From Fimbriosthenelais zetlandica (lineage: Eukaryota), in contig OZ365110.1 in the NCBI GenBank assembly GCA_977030845.1, positions 28,954,001 to 29,018,000 of the forward strand: a DNA stretch of 64,000 nucleotides. The letters run 5' to 3'. Within the stretch, counting starts at the first letter, position 1; the number at the start of each line of letters is the position of its first letter. A model generated the notes under the pieces. The model did no database searches and was not told the DNA's origin. It saw nothing but the letters and a program-made list of their open reading frames with translations. The translations under genes and the position numbers were made by a program. Shown one piece after another: positions 1 to 12,092 of the stretch.

Positions 1-3000
1 TATATTAGTGGAGGGAGGGTATGGGTGTGATAACTGCCCCCCTTTGTTGTCGTTATTTATTGAGGGAGGGTAAGATATTCACCCCACATGGTCAGATTAC
101 TTACAGGGCTTCCAGTATACAAAGACTGCCTCGGGTTCCATTGCTGTCAAGAATTAAACAGTACCCTGTCTCAGTGAAAACAGGCAATATTTGATATAAA
201 ACCTCCTATATATACTAAACAGCAGCTTGCAGAAATATTCTTGGGAACTGATATTCACAGGCTGCAAGTAGGCTACTTCTTCCTTTGGTAAATATGGTTT
301 ATTCGTTCTAATTCTCTGGATATATTTTTTCTACTTTACATTATAATACCCTCAAGGTAAAATTTAATGATCTTGAAAATTCTATATATCTATATATCAT
401 GGGAAACGTAGGCAATATGTCCAAATAAAGAAAGAGACATTAAACTATAATATAAAACTAAATTTTAGGGAGGCTTCACATAGACAACAGTTACGTTACT
501 GTAGAGCATACTGAGTGCTAGATACAACTACCAGTCGGACTGGAGATAGTGACAAAGTGGGTAGGTCCGTGGGCATGCACGGATCGTAATTGAGAGAAGC
601 TGAAACTCGAAATAACCATCTCGGGTTTTAAGAAAGCTACAAAGTGCAGTTGGTATTCTGGTCTTTTGAAGTAACTTTCATGTGGTATGACACAATTGAG
701 GGTTTTCTGCATTAGGACTTAAAGGTATCTCAAGGGAGGAGATCAGGTGCCGGCGCTGCCCCTCAATACAATCTAAGTGCACTTATCTGCCCCTTTAAGA
801 GTGAGTTCAAGCCAGTCAAAATGGCAGTCTTCGTCTGATCGGACTAATCTGCTACCTCCCATCGACTTCCTAATGCTGCTGCTAACACATCTACTAGACC
901 ATGTTCCATACTGTATATATGTTTAACCAGTACGTCGTTATCAACATTAACAATGTAATATTGCATTTGATTATGCAAATAAAACCTTTAACAAAATCAA
1001 AGGGTTGATAGGCCTTTATTTCCCTTTAGTTCGATGGCTAGCAAGGTGCATAGGTATAGGTACCTTCAACATTGAAAGTTCATTTCCACGCTGATACAAT
1101 GGAATTGTCCTGAGAAAAGCATGCAAGGAGACATTAAATAAATAGATATTGTACAAATTTGTATAAAGTACATTTACACATGAGATTAAACTGAATGAGA
1201 GTGGATTTGAAAAGGGGTGCTGAAAGGTAGTGAGTGCGAGAAAGCATTTATCAGACTCAGCCAAGTCTGGCAAGTCTTTGTGCTTGTCGCGTGTAGAGGA
1301 AGCAGTGGGAACGCCACCTGAACCCTTTACCAGGCAGATCCCATTGACAAACAAGGCTGCCTAGTGAAAGGCAGATGCCAGAGTAAGTGCCACTTGCCTT
1401 GGGCATGGGATGCTGGGGTATCTATGGGAGAGCCTTTGTGCCTCCTGTCTGCAGTTCACAACAGCACTGGCAGGTCTGTGAATCTCTGAATTCTGCAAAA
1501 GAATTAGGGGGTTGTTTTGGGGAAGGGGGTAGTATGCTTCCGCATACTGTGAATGTAGCAATCAATGACCAACACAGCTTACCCAAGTGTTACTATCAGA
1601 AGTGATAACTGATGTACCATCCCCAGTTAAAGGTAAAGGAAGTCTGATATGAATGAAATGCCAAAGATCTTCAAAGATATTTGTATGTACTTGGGATGAC
1701 CCATGTATGTACATGTATGTAAGTAGAACTCAGAGGAAATGTTGAATGATGCTTTTGGAAAAGGAGTAAGTACCTCCCCTGCCATGTTCAAGCTGTGAGG
1801 ATATAGGACTAGGTAGGAGTCTTTGTAACAACAGTCTGTGGTTTAGGACTGGCTTGCATGTATCTCTCTCTCCGCATGGCACAAACACTGAAAGTGAACT
1901 GCGTGTGAAGAGCACTCACACTATCTCTGACAAGAGTCCATTGTGAGGGCGGAATTGTGTTTTAGAGAGTCATAACCTTGATCTTTGATGTGGTTTGTGA
2001 GCTTCTCCACATGGTTGAGAGAGTCTTGTATCATGTTACTCCTCTCCCACTGCTTTTCTACTGGATCCTCCACTAACCTGATTCTACCGATATGAGCTGC
2101 CAAAAACCATCCTACACACTGCACCCTTTGACCAGCAACAGTGGGGAGTGCCTGGGAGGTAGCCTCACAATGCTGACAATTTCCCTTCATTGTGTTCGGC
2201 TCCACTGAAAACTACTCCACAATGAAAGCACTGCATTCAGTCTTTCTCTCCTTCAATGGCAGCCATATTTATAACAAGAGGGAAAGAGAAAAATGTGACA
2301 AGAACTCAAGCAATTTGAGTAAAGCGTGCGTCTTGTCAATAGCGAACATACCGAACCAAAAAAAACCTGAGGCAAAAAGCATCTTTCCCAAGAGGCAGCA
2401 TTTGTATGGCTCTTCAGTGTCGACAGTGTGCTTAAGAAATACAAACAATAGCTTGTAAACACAAGTAGATGTATAGACAAAAGAATGGGGAGGCATTTCC
2501 ATTAAATATTCAGGCTCAACGGATATCAAACCTCCGGAATGGTATTCAGAATGCTGAGGTGGGCCGGAGTAGATCTGCTATGAACCAAAACTTATCATGA
2601 TTCATGCAATGTAGTCAGGTAGACCTATAAAGTCATCATGGCATGTTGGCAGAATAGCGGACATGTGCCTTCCTTAAATAACAAGGCGGGGTCATTAGTT
2701 AAGATGATGTATGCCATGAGTGTGTATTAGCATCCCAATACTGTGATTAGCAGGTGGGTGTAGAGGGGAGCTAAGCTCTTTCATTATTTCCATCAGGCCT
2801 TCAGTGGCTGATCCACCCATAGAGAGGGCCAAGTATGATGGTTAGAGGCCAGGCTTATGCCTTTAAGATCGCCCAGTAATGTATTTTACAGCCCATGTAC
2901 TGATTGACGTCATATGCCATAGATAGGACTTTATTTCGGGCTGAGCTATAACATCAGCAAAAGTTACCTGCCATATTTAACTTTATAATATATCCTATAC

Positions 3001-5649
3001 AATTCACAGCCAGCTTCTTCCATAACACCTCTCTTCTATAGTTTATAGCGCTTTGCAGTTTTTTTTTTGAAAAATCGCAAATGCCAGATATCAGTGTGCC
3101 TTTGACTCATACTCTCGCATGCAATTTTGATATCCAATTGGGGATAAATGACCAATCGGAAAGAGTGAATGGCAACTGAGGGCGTGCAAAGTGAGTGGTG
3201 GCAGACTCGAAAGGGCCAGAGATTAAAGGTCGGTTTGGACTCCTTGACCCTATTTTCACCTTTAATTGACAGAAAGCAATGACGTGAGCACCACGACCAG
3301 GCCCATACAAAGGGCTTATCCACTGGCTATAAGGCCAGTCTAGAGTTCCAATTTTCACTTTCCAAATATCACTTTCCAAATATGGATATGACGCTGACCT
3401 CAGATGGATACCTTAGGACTGCAGATGGATAGAAGAGCTGTTCCATCTATTATGTATTATTAACAAGTAACATGATAACGCATTGAACTCAGATCTGCAC
3501 ATTAGTGGGTTCAAATAAGTGGCACGAATAAATCATTTACCCGGTATTTAAAGATGTTCTATCTCATATAAAATTGTAGAGAGATTCGAACCATTCTTTT
3601 TTGAATTACCAGTAGGCCTACACAAAATTATTCACCTAAAGTAAGGACTTGACCCCTGCCATTCAAGTTTTACCATTAACTTTGTCCTAGGCAAGGGCCA
3701 TGACTTGAATTCCTTAATTATTTATGTCTTCTTTCCTTCCTGCTGGCCTTAAAACCCCCAGCATTTGCCAGATGGATTTAAATTTCTTTGTCTTTGAGCT
3801 TTTCTCCCTCCTGAGCATTCCTTGAATAGTCTTTACAAGACGCATGTCCTTCCCAGTTTTCATTCCGAGTAAAAAAAATATCGCCCCATTTGACTTCAAA
3901 AATTCCTATGGTGTAATGAAAAGGACTAATTATTCATATTGCCAGGAAACCTAATCATGCATTAAGGAATGAGCACCATTATTTATGCCACAATGGGAAT
4001 AACAGTGATTAGCAAAAAACTCAAAACTGTCATTACAAAGGAAGAAAGTATTGTTCATTTGAGAAGAAACTTGTTCATTTGAAAATGAGTACTCATCGAA
4101 AGCAATATTTGATATTTCAAAACCAAAAGGAGAAATAACAGAAAACGACCTACATGATGTTTACACATGTTCGGCATCGCCCATGTGGAGCAAAATTCAC
4201 TTGTGAAAATGTATTTCCTATGAAAACCTTCCATTTTCTTTGTGAAACATTCTTTCAATTAGCATTGCTTGGCTAAGGGACGTCAATGCAGAAGAAGCGA
4301 TCGTTTCCTTAGAGAACCATACTTGTTCAAGCATTAAACATGTGCTCATTGCACCGTGCCTGAGATTTTCAGATTGATTGAAAAGAACATCAGACCCGAA
4401 GTCAGACAAAGAGAACAATTGTCGTAGATGCTTCCATGATATGGATCCACGAATGGAACATGCCTCAATCCATGAAAAAAACATTATGGTATGGAGAAAT
4501 AGACATGTTTGACAAGAGCACCAGTGACCTACAATATATAATACATGTGCAGAGCAAGGTGTGGGTTCGTTAAATCTATTGTTGAGCATATGGCATATCG
4601 CATTCATATGATTGCATCACATCATATAACTTTGCCAATCCAATCCGGCAACATTGTGTTTACAATTGTGCTGATGTAGACCTAGCCATCCCGTAATATG
4701 GTTTCATTTGCAAAAGAGAACAGTCATCAGCATGCAGTTGAACAGAAGATATCGTTAGGCAATTTCTGCAAACACTGAGCATCATGAAAAAAAGACGAGC
4801 AGAATTTTCACCAAAAGTGTCATATTATAGATCACATCTAATAAATTATTAGAACAGTCTCATACATCAAACACAAGCCAATGTTGATGTATTGCAGTCA
4901 TGCTGAAGTTTAATGACGACCATATTTGCCTTCAATATAAAATGCTCCCAGGGAAGACTGATGAAGCTCAATGCGTTATGCCTCATTTTAATGAAGCGAT
5001 TTTCCCAGAATTTTCTTTCTTCAAATTGCAGGTAATCACGAGGCATGTATTAAAGCAACAGGGATTCAGCAAGCTCCGGGATTTGTATACTTGTGTTGAT
5101 CATTCTAAATGGCCCTTCACTTAAGGCAACATTTTGATGAAAATTAATGAAGCCTTGGCTTCATATATCGAGGAAAGAAGGTTCTCCATGCACTCACATA
5201 GCATTACCGACCATGCCTACATTACATTACGTGCAAATGGAATCAGGTCAACATTCCATCAGAACAATAGCAGCTTCCCCATTTATCTAACTCTGACTGA
5301 ATACTTTATGTTGCCTGACAACCTTTATGATTCATTGTACTAAGCTGCTGTTGTTGCAGCAATAACATAAAGCTATTATATTTGTCCAGGCAAGCCACTT
5401 GGGAGCAAAGACCAAAGCCTGTGAGTTATTCGGGGATGTTTGTGGCTGTTCGTGGGAGGGGGTTTGGTCTGTTTAGTTATGTAAATGTTTCTTGTAGGGT
5501 AATGTCCGGTGTGTGGTTAATGGCACTGTTAAAGCATGGAGGGGCAATGACCCAGTGATGAAGCTCAGTGGAGGGGGCGCAGCTGTAAGGGGGTATAAAT
5601 CACTATGTATCATGCCCAATGTCACAGTTGGCATTGTCGCAAGCCCTAC

Positions 5650-6840
5650 TTAATCAGGACAAACCTTCATCAGGACTGAAGGGGGAGGCCCGTTCCCACT
5701 CCTCGCTGGAATTGGAAGTATTTCCCAGCCAATCTGCTCCAATTTGCTGCTCCTCCTTCTCCAAATTGAAGCTATTAGCCTGGGAGTTGGCCAAGCCAAA
5801 TGGCTCTCAGTCTGTCTGTAAGGAGACTGGGGCACATATTACTCCATACCCTCCACTGTAGTATAGTAAAGCCAGTGAGAGTGTCAGCAGAACAATGCTA
5901 CATGTACCAGCAGGCTGTCGCAGAATGGCAGCTGTTACTGCAGAAAAGCTATGGAGAAAAGCCCTTAAACTCTTGCCTGAATAGAAATCAGTTCCTGCAT
6001 TTAATATTCACCTCACCTTGTTGCTTGTGTAGCTCACAGATAGCCAGAGCTGTTAACAATCTCTCTGACACCAATTCACCCTTCATTCAGACCTTGTCCG
6101 GGATCTTGTGTGTTTCCGGTTATTCATTGATAATGGGAACCCTTGCCATGACCCTTGCCTCCTCGGTTCTAGTCTCCAGCAACGAGCCCCAATCTCAATT
6201 TCCCGTTCATACAACCAGCATATTGAGTGTGGAATTGCTAACACTATTTACAGGGATTGCAAATGGGGATTCACAGCCTCGGTGCCAGACTGGGTATTGG
6301 ATTGCCATAATACTGCCCATCCTTGCCAAGCCCATCTAGTAGAGGCAGTAAAACCCATACTCTTCGCCTGTCCCGATCCCAGACCCTTTCCCATTGGAAT
6401 GGCCCCTTGGTATTGTAGAGCTTGACACTGCTGACAACAATAATGTCACTTGTATTGACTCGGATTTGCTCGTTACAACTCAGCCCGGCGCGTGAAGGAC
6501 TGACCCCCAGGCTATCTACTATTAATGCCTCCTCCTGCTCTACCATTATGAGTTTGGTGAGGGCTACAAGCGAGTAATTGGATCTCTGTCAGGATAAGCC
6601 TGCTCCATTTGTCATATAGAGTAACCCCTCAGTCAGGGGTCAATCAAAGTCCATGCCCCAGGTCCTGTATTGCCTGCTTATTCCTTCTGATTTCACAACC
6701 CCAATAGGTCCAGCATTAGCTGCCCATAATGGGGGATCTAACACTAATAGCTCTGACACATTAAGCACTATTTTGGGCCTTTCCGGGGAAGTTAGTCTTA
6801 GATTCATCAGGCTTATAGGCTTATATCACCTTATAACATC
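5650..6840 (+). mobile_element. Possible very old DIRS/Ngaro (tyrosine-recombinase) retrotransposon remnant
   Basis: By-eye motifs in DIRS order: RTEG..LLAGI (KxEGP..LxFLGI), DLVCFRLFIDNGN (DLxWWxxFxxxWNG), DNNNVTCID (CDNxAVVxxIN), IGPALAAHNG...LG...LRFIRL (IGAATxAAxxG..LGRW...YLRYIR). All weak and in different frames. Confidence 0.28.
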
Positions 6841-8175
6841 CAAAGAAATAATATTTGAATTAATTCGTATTTCATGTGACTATAAGATAGTCACAAATGC
6901 TGTATATAATAACTGTTTTGCTCGACCATGGTAGATGGACATTACAAACAGCATCTGAGAATTTCCTTTTTCTCGTTTCATTTGTTGAACACAAGATACA
7001 TTTTTAGAACCTATAACGAAGATTTTTATAATGCCGAAAACCACTTCATCTTACCGCCCTTATCACTCATTAAATATGTAGGTTGTGGATAATATACAAC
7101 TAATTTGATATGCCTACTCTGACAACTAACACAAAATATGTTTGCCTACCTTGGTTCAGTTTTTTCTGACAGACGTGACATCCAGTCCACACACGGCTGG
7201 AAAATAAAGGAAAGGATTCTATGACAGCCTTTTTGACTAGTCAAATAATAGCAAGAAGCTCATTAACAAACATTTAGTACATGAGAGGCAAGAGTTGGAT
7301 GTCTCCTATATAATTATTTTGAGTATATATATATACACGATTTGTACAATGAAAATAGTTCACCTACATTGAAAACGCTTCAGTATGATGGCAACATTCA
7401 ACACGGGGACACATGTATTTACTAAAGGGCTCAGATGTTTTACTGGAAAACTTTTATGGGATTCTGAGCTGCCCTGACTATATTTTCAAACAAAAAAGAA
7501 TTCTTTTGTTGTCATGTATACTTCACAGACTCACATACGCTCACAAGTCCATTGTTTCTTGGCGATAAACAAAAGGACACAAAGAGACAAGGTTTTTGTA
7601 AACTGGGATTATTATTGTGGTGCATCACAAAGACACTGTCATAGATAAGGCGCCAAGACGTGATGTGTATTGATCCATCAAAGGCTATAAGAAAAATATA
7701 ACCCCTCCAGCTGGGAAGATTGTATTGTCAATCAGGATCGGATTACCTAGTATACATCCAGAAGCCAGGTGAAACTGAAGAATGAAGGACTTTTGCATTA
7801 GCGGGCCAGAAATCTGAGTTGGAATGGAAAGCAACTTTTTCTATAGGTTGTGGAAAAATGACTCTTAACACAAAAACTATTGATCTTACGTTATCAATGC
7901 TCTTGTATATTTATTTAGAAATCAGTTTTTGAATCAATCTTTTATCCAGGTGTAATCTAAGCTAGGTTAATCTGTGAAAGTGAGGCAATGTGAGGATAGG
8001 TGCAAGAATGTAGGCCTACGCCATTTTTTTTTTATCAATGTTAAAGCAACATTTAGTACAAGTGAATAGATATCAGCAGAGCTTGGAAACTATTTCAGAA
8101 TCCTGAGAAATGGACAGGACTCGTATTTGAAAGGAACTTCGTGACTAGAAGCTCTCGCCATAGCTCTTCTGCCAG

Positions 8176-8390
8176 GAACTACTTGTCTGTTTTCGCCCCT
8201 GAAGGGACCCCTAGTATATATGCCACACTGTCTAGCAGAGTTGGTATTCGTGGAGAGACATGAGAACAATTGCACCACTAATGGCAGATCTTATAGGATT
8301 TGCTTCTCGCGTGAATTTCTTTGTTGGCTTCCAGAAATCCGATCATACCCAGCGGTACCATGATTGGATTTATTTCTCATATTCTTGCTT
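8176..8390 (+). mobile_element. Possible decayed RTE-type LINE endonuclease fragment
   Basis: By-eye motifs: LSVFAP (ISVYAP) and TNG / DLIGFASRVNFFVGFQKSDH...DWIYF (NGxxLxxFA...FQxxxxH..TW..IDY). Confidence 0.3.
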
Positions 8391-9173
8391 TTGGAATGAA
8401 GCCGCTACATCATTCCAGCCACCTACAATTCTGGGACGATCACTGTATATTACTGTCTCACCTCATTCCAAGAACCTATATTCATGAATACAGCCTTCCA
8501 TCAAGATATAAATCAAACGTTTTTCAGCTTGTTGAAATTTCGGCTTATACATGTATATTCATAAAGCCGTATGATGCTTTTTAAATCCATGTGGATTTTA
8601 CATGACATGTAGAGTTCATCCTGATTCAAAAAAGCAGAGTCCCTGTTGACAGTTCACATCCGGAGAGGCAAACCTAATCCAGAAACACTTTCAGAACCCA
8701 ATTCCATGCAGGCTGGCAAGGCCTTACAACTTGTTATCTGTAGGCAAAGATGTAACTGATCCAACAAGCAATTTACTATCGCATCAGGGTCCGGAAGGCC
8801 CGGGTACGACAGTTGATGTCGCTTGACGTCCTATAGAATGACCTTGTTGCCATGGGGACTGACTGTGTGTTATCTGATTCTATTAGGTCTGGGTCATGCC
8901 GAGAAAGCATGCCATGTCAAGCAGAGAATGGGGTGGGTCAGAAGTACTGCACGAGGCTATGACATTATTATTCGTTGATCTTTTGAAATTTGGATAATGT
9001 TTCTGGGCTACCCTGTGTATTTGTTTGCATTTTGCAATTTTTGGTGTGCTACAGAGGATTCTGGAACGGATCCAAAATGACCACCATTATAGAGAGCAGA
9101 GGAGAATCTATTCTTCTTGTATGCCCTTCGGACCACATTCAACACATTGAAAGAAAATCGGACATATGAAACA

Positions 9174-9248
9174 CCTGGGACCTGTTTCAAAACAAATCTT
9201 AGCAATGCCAAGTATATGGCTAATATTGGTTTTGAAACAGGTTCCTGG
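9174..9248. mobile_element. Short hairpin MITE, copy 1 (CCTGGGACCTGTTTCAAAAC...GTTTTGAAACAGGTTCCTGG)
   Basis: Near-perfect terminal inverted repeat of about 19 bp plus inner TTAGC/GCTAA pairing; a homologous copy lies at 29802. Confidence 0.65.
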
Positions 9249-11403
9249 AATGAAGAAATGATCTGGGAAGTTGAATAAACAATTTAAATCTAATAAAATT
9301 CTGCTAAACGATATTGGAAGGGTTGATGGCGATCAAGGTCTGTGAATTTAACTTCGCACATTTTTATGCACTTTGTTCATTGGTATACGTGTTAGTTGAC
9401 CGATTTTGTCTGGCGTTGGCCAACCACCAACTATAGCACATTGATCATCCCCCAGAAGCCATGTTTACACGTGAGTACAGATCAGACCAAAGCCAGAGCA
9501 AAAACCATCTATCATCACCATGCGACAGGTCGCCGTTTGCATTGGCTTTGCCTGCCCTGTATCTGCCCACTTTGACTCTGACGGTGGAATCACAAGCTCG
9601 CGAGTTTCTCACTTCTAAGAGGAGGATCCCATAATAGACTCATCCTCAATCAGGGCACATGTTCCTCTCATGCCCTAGCCCCACGTGACAGTTTTGAAAG
9701 CTGGGAGGAAATGAGCTATTACACGGACAGTCTGGTTGTGTCACTTCAGCCGACACCCGTGTGCTGTTTGATTCCATCAGATAATCAGATCAGACCAGCA
9801 TCAAAAGTGTCCGGAATATTAATGAACGAGTTTTAATAATTCATTTCTGGCAGATTGCGAGAAGGCAAAAAAAAGAAGGGTCTCCGTTCGAGATAAAAAC
9901 AGTGGGCAAGATCTTCTTCCACAGTTGTAATAATTGGAACTCTGCGTCTGCAGGTGGGAGGACGGGGGATGACTCAGCTTTCTATGTAAATGACATGCAA
10001 ATTACTACTGTTGACAAAACTTGTCTATACAGGGAGTTCTTTTGCAAAGGTCCCCTCCATCTAACACCCCTTCTGTCAGTTTGCAAATTCAGTATGTTTG
10101 GAGGAAAAGGCCATTTTTACATATTTTGAACATTTCCAACCCTCGCAACAGATTATTTTGATCAACAGAGGCAGAAAAGCATACGTGTACCGTGGTTAAG
10201 TCATTTCGAAAAGCAATATTTTGGATAATGAACAAGGGAAGCGAAATTTTGTAATCATTCATATAAATTAATTGGTAAAACATTCTGCATGAGTCTTTGA
10301 CATTGGGCAACAGCAATCAATTGCAAAGAGGACGACAGAATCTTTCTTGCCCATTTCATATTACAATAAAGTAATGGCGACTTTTGCAAGCTGAACCTGA
10401 TATCTTTTTGATACTGAATTCAATATCATTACTATTGCTTTGGCATTTCTTCCCCCGATATAGCATTACAATGTCTATATATTAAATGATGCCCTATAGG
10501 AATGATGTTTCGCCACAAGCGATCCATTTAAAACCACCATATCTCAGTATAATACTATTGGACACACAAAACCCCGCGGGTGTCGTCCATATCTGAGCCA
10601 GACATATCTATATTGATTATAGATTATGAATATAATGCCCATGTTAGGGGATACGGTAAGCGAGCAGCTCTGTTGTCATATGACAACGCTCGGTGAGTAC
10701 ATTGAGAAAATCTACGGGGGGATTCAATTCCCATTGGATCTCAGTTATAAATGGCATTGCCCATAACAGTAAGCCCTACTCTATATACCTTAGATAATCT
10801 TTCTTTCACAAAAACAAGACCACGAGCAAGTTTCACGGTTACTATACTACTGCCTAGAAATACACTGCCTGGTGGGTATTTAAAGGGAGAGGGTTGCAAT
10901 CGATTAATAGGGTTGGAATTTGAGAAGGTCTTCTCGGATGAGTTTAAGTCACTTAGACTAGCCGAGCCTTAGGCCATGAGGAAAACGGGGAGGGTGGGAG
11001 AGCCTGAGGTAAGAGTGGAAGTAAATTATATATATACATGTGGTGATTTTTGAAAAAATGTCTAACTCTAAATGGTAAATATTTTGGTTTTATTACAACC
11101 GTCTATAGCTATAGGGATAACAGGGACAGCAATTTCCCTCAGTTATTTTAAGAATTCCACAAGAAAAACAGTGATTGGCAGCTTTCATACATCCATGACT
11201 GATCGATTTTCTGATTAATAGACGGCAGTTTAGATGTTCAGAATCATTAATAGAGCAGCGATTCATATCGAGGAATTGTGTTTATGTAGATGAATAGCGG
11301 AAGGTATGGGGAAAAAAGGGACAAAAAGGGAAAGCGCTAAGCTATGATATTGGAGATAGAGGGGGAGGGAGGGAGAAGGGAAGAGAGAGGGAGAGCTGGA
11401 AAA

Positions 11404-11417
11404 AGAGAGAGAGAGAG

Positions 11418-11479
<62 letters not shown>
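11404..11479 (+). repeat. (GA)n microsatellite with one interruption, directly upstream of the receptor gene's putative promoter
   Basis: Directly visible; single A>C interruption at 11420; preceded by a purine-rich stretch from about 11350. Confidence 0.98.
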
Positions 11480-11481
<2 letters not shown>

Positions 11482-11515
11482 GCTGAAGTAAGTTCTACTA
11501 AGCGCCGCTGGGTGG

Positions 11516-11584
11516 CACGTGAGTGACTCATGTCGACAGCAGACCAACACTCGGTCCTCTGTACCCTCTCACAGAGCTTCAGTT
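11516..11584 (+). promoter_or_regulatory. Putative core promoter of the receptor gene: E-box CACGTG (11516-11521), AP-1 site TGACTCA (11524-11530), Initiator-like TCAGTT (11579-11584)
   Basis: Motifs seen in sequence about 390-450 bp upstream of the signal-peptide ATG, next to the GA repeat. The TSS position is inferred. Confidence 0.45.
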
Positions 11585-11968
11585 CGGCGGTGGAAGAAGA
11601 GCAGGAGTAGGAACAGTCCTCAGAGCCACTCATGAGCAACTCAACACTTTAATGCTTCCCCAGCTACCAGGGTGACTTCAAATCATTTCTCCAACTCAAT
11701 CATTCATGGATCTTTACTTTTTGTTAGGCAAAACAGGATGAAAAGTATTGGATAACACTAAAGAATTTGCTGGACAGTTTGCTCACTTGGAATAGGTATT
11801 ATTGGAGTACGTAGGCAGAGAGAGTGGATACATTACGCGGATGAAACATCTTTAAGAGAAAACGCCTCCTGATACTTTTGACTTGCAAGCAAGCTTGCCC
11901 TGTATACCAATGTAAAAGCCGAAAGAGTCAACACAAAAAGTACCGAGGGAGGCTTTTGTGACATAGAA

Positions 11969-12092
11969 ATGGATACCACGAGTTATCAGCGTATAGTGCA
12001 GAGTTCAATTAAATTGACTTTAATTTTAGTCGTCCTTACCACACCTGGACGCGGGTTTTCACTACCGCCCACCACCCAACCGGAATCCCATG
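11969..12092 (+). CDS. Exon 1 (coding part) of SUEL-CUB-sushi type-I membrane receptor: signal peptide MDTTSYQRIVQSSIKLTLILVVLTTPGRGFSLPPTTQPESH
   Basis: ATG at 11969 in AGAAATGG context; hydrophobic core IKLTLILVVLTT; ends G|GTAAG (phase 1). It joins the next exon in frame (G+GT=Gly, then VKEYC). Confidence 0.8.

Noticed and set aside
719-798. TTAAAGG...CCTTTAA as a Kolobok/piggyBac-like MITE
   Set aside because: Only 7 bp of inverted identity, and the motif is common in the window.
520-1450. Gypsy RT-like words (AFLKTRDGYFEF on minus, RQIPLT on plus)
   Set aside because: Single short matches on opposite strands with no supporting motifs in order.
4218-4607. Minus-strand ORF with CSC as a SWIM/MULE transposase remnant
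   Set aside because: The zinc-ligand spacing is incomplete and no DDE motifs are recognisable; it needs an HMM search.
5800-6339. 179-aa ORF as a host gene
   Set aside because: No domain and no splice context; better explained as decayed retroelement sequence.
11263-11639. ORF-track ORFs with SLSLSL / ERERER runs
   Set aside because: They are translations of the (GA)n microsatellite.
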